DNA of 64,000 nucleotides from the human T2T-CHM13v2.0 reference genome, Homo sapiens: NCBI GenBank assembly GCA_009914755.4, contig CP086569.2, positions 8,864,001 to 8,928,000 of the forward strand, read 5' to 3'. Shown piece by piece: positions 62,709 to 64,000 of this stretch (position 1 is its first letter; each line of letters starts with the position of its first letter). The notes under the pieces were generated by a model. It saw only the letters and a program-made list of their open reading frames with translations, ran no database searches and was not told where the DNA came from. The position numbers and the translations under genes were made by a program.

Positions 62709-63187
62709 TTACACAAATTAGCTGCTCTTTTGCTTGAAAACTAGAGGGAACAAAGAAATTATCATAGATTACTATACAGAAGTCAAAATTATCTCCATAC
62801 CTACCACAAAGCCATGAACCAAAAGCAACTCTCGGTTTCTACCACAGCTTGAAATACTAATTTATGAGGGTGAATAAAAATGTACTTTCTGCTATGTGCC
62901 AGGAACTGTGCTAGATGTAACAGAAAGAAAAGCAACTAGCAAGACTTAAATATGCACTACATACAATTTCACATTCAATAGATTAATACATAGTACAGTG
63001 AGTACAAAATACCTACAATATGCAATGAGAAAGAAAATATGAAATCTAAGTGGTTTTTGAAGCATAAATTTTATTTATGAGACATACACAGGGAAGGATA
63101 ATTCTCAACAAGTCTAAAACAGCACTTTGGGGATAGCATGAAGACTAACAGGAGCTAAAAACAGATTGGGATAATGTTGTTTATTTA

Positions 63188-63498
63188 TTTTATTTATTTT
63201 TTATTTTTTTGAGACGGATTCTTGCTCTGTTGCCAGGCTGGAGTGCATCAGCGTGATCTCGGCTCACTGCCACCTCTGCCTCCTTGGGTTTAACTGATTC
63301 CCCTGCCTCAGCCTACTGAGTAGCTGGAACTATAGGCACACACAACCAGACGCAGCTAATTTTTTTGTGTGTGTGTTTTAGTAGAGACAGGGTTTCACCA
63401 TGTTGGCCATTATGGTTTCTTTCTCCTGACCTCGTGATCTGCCTGCCTTGGCCACCCAAAGTGCTGGGATTACATCCGTGAGCCACCATGCCCGGCAT
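63188..63498 (-). mobile_element. Alu, reverse orientation
   Basis: Reads tttttttgagacggattcttgctctgttgccaggctggagtgcatcagcgtgatctcggctcactgc...gattacatccgtgagccaccatgcccggc. Confidence 0.95.
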
Positions 63499-64000
63499 GA
63501 TTGGGATAATGTTACAAAGCAAAAAAGCACTAAAGAGCACAGAATGGAATGCTCTTGACTACAATGTAAAGGAATTCAATAATTAATATAATTACATAAA
63601 AGTTTAAAGCTTTAGTAAACACACAATCTCTAGATTTAAGACTCAACAGGACAAGAGACCATTGGTTGAATCAAAACAAGTCCTCAAACACACTGGGGAA
63701 ATGAGTAATTAGCTATTCATGTTACATAAATCACTCTGGTGACAGGAAAGAAATGTCCTTAGGAGAAAAAGCAAGCATGGAGCAAAAATGCCAGTTACTT
63801 CTTCTGCTATCTGACTTCAATGTTCTCATATTATTTTCTCTTTTCAACTACTTACCCTTTCCGTAAATGTAAAGGTCTTATTTAAATATACTTTTGCAAG
63901 AATATATTTTCATAAAATATATTCTTCAAGAAGGAAGGAGTCTTTCCTTCTTGTGAGTCTGTCTAGATGTCTATCCACAGTTTGTCTACGCTCTAAAAGA

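Overview
Primate (Alu-bearing) genomic DNA with three parts, likely Y-linked because of the RBMY-like locus. (1) Positions 1-38483 are one tandem array of a ~2.35-2.48 kb repeat unit (~13 units, roughly 10-15% divergent from each other by eye, each carrying a (TG)n/(CA)n microsatellite). The array flips from forward to reverse-complement orientation at ~4945, which looks like a head-to-head inversion junction. Two old endogenous retroviruses sit inside the array, both on the minus strand: a pol-deleted HERV-K-like (betaretrovirus-like) provirus at 15868-21839 with 6-bp target-site duplication GAGAAT and an Alu inside its 5' LTR, and a full-length HERV-E-like (gammaretrovirus-like) provirus at 22569-31167 with a tRNA-Glu-like primer-binding site and ~4-bp TSD. 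(2) Positions 38484-53290 are unique/interspersed sequence with Alus, L1 3'-end fragments, simple repeats and a GC-rich block with no recognisable genes. (3) Positions 53291-61328 (minus strand; the 5' exons probably lie beyond the window end) hold an RBMY-like gene: exon 4 onward matches RBMY1, including four SRGY-box exons each carried on a ~550-bp tandemly duplicated intron/exon unit. This copy has premature stops (R->TGA in the exon at 61155-61328, a TAG and two more stops in the last exon) and one SRGY exon with both splice sites mutated, so it is a pseudogene. I cannot assign the ~2.4-kb macrosatellite to a named family from memory; that is the main item to check against repeat databases.
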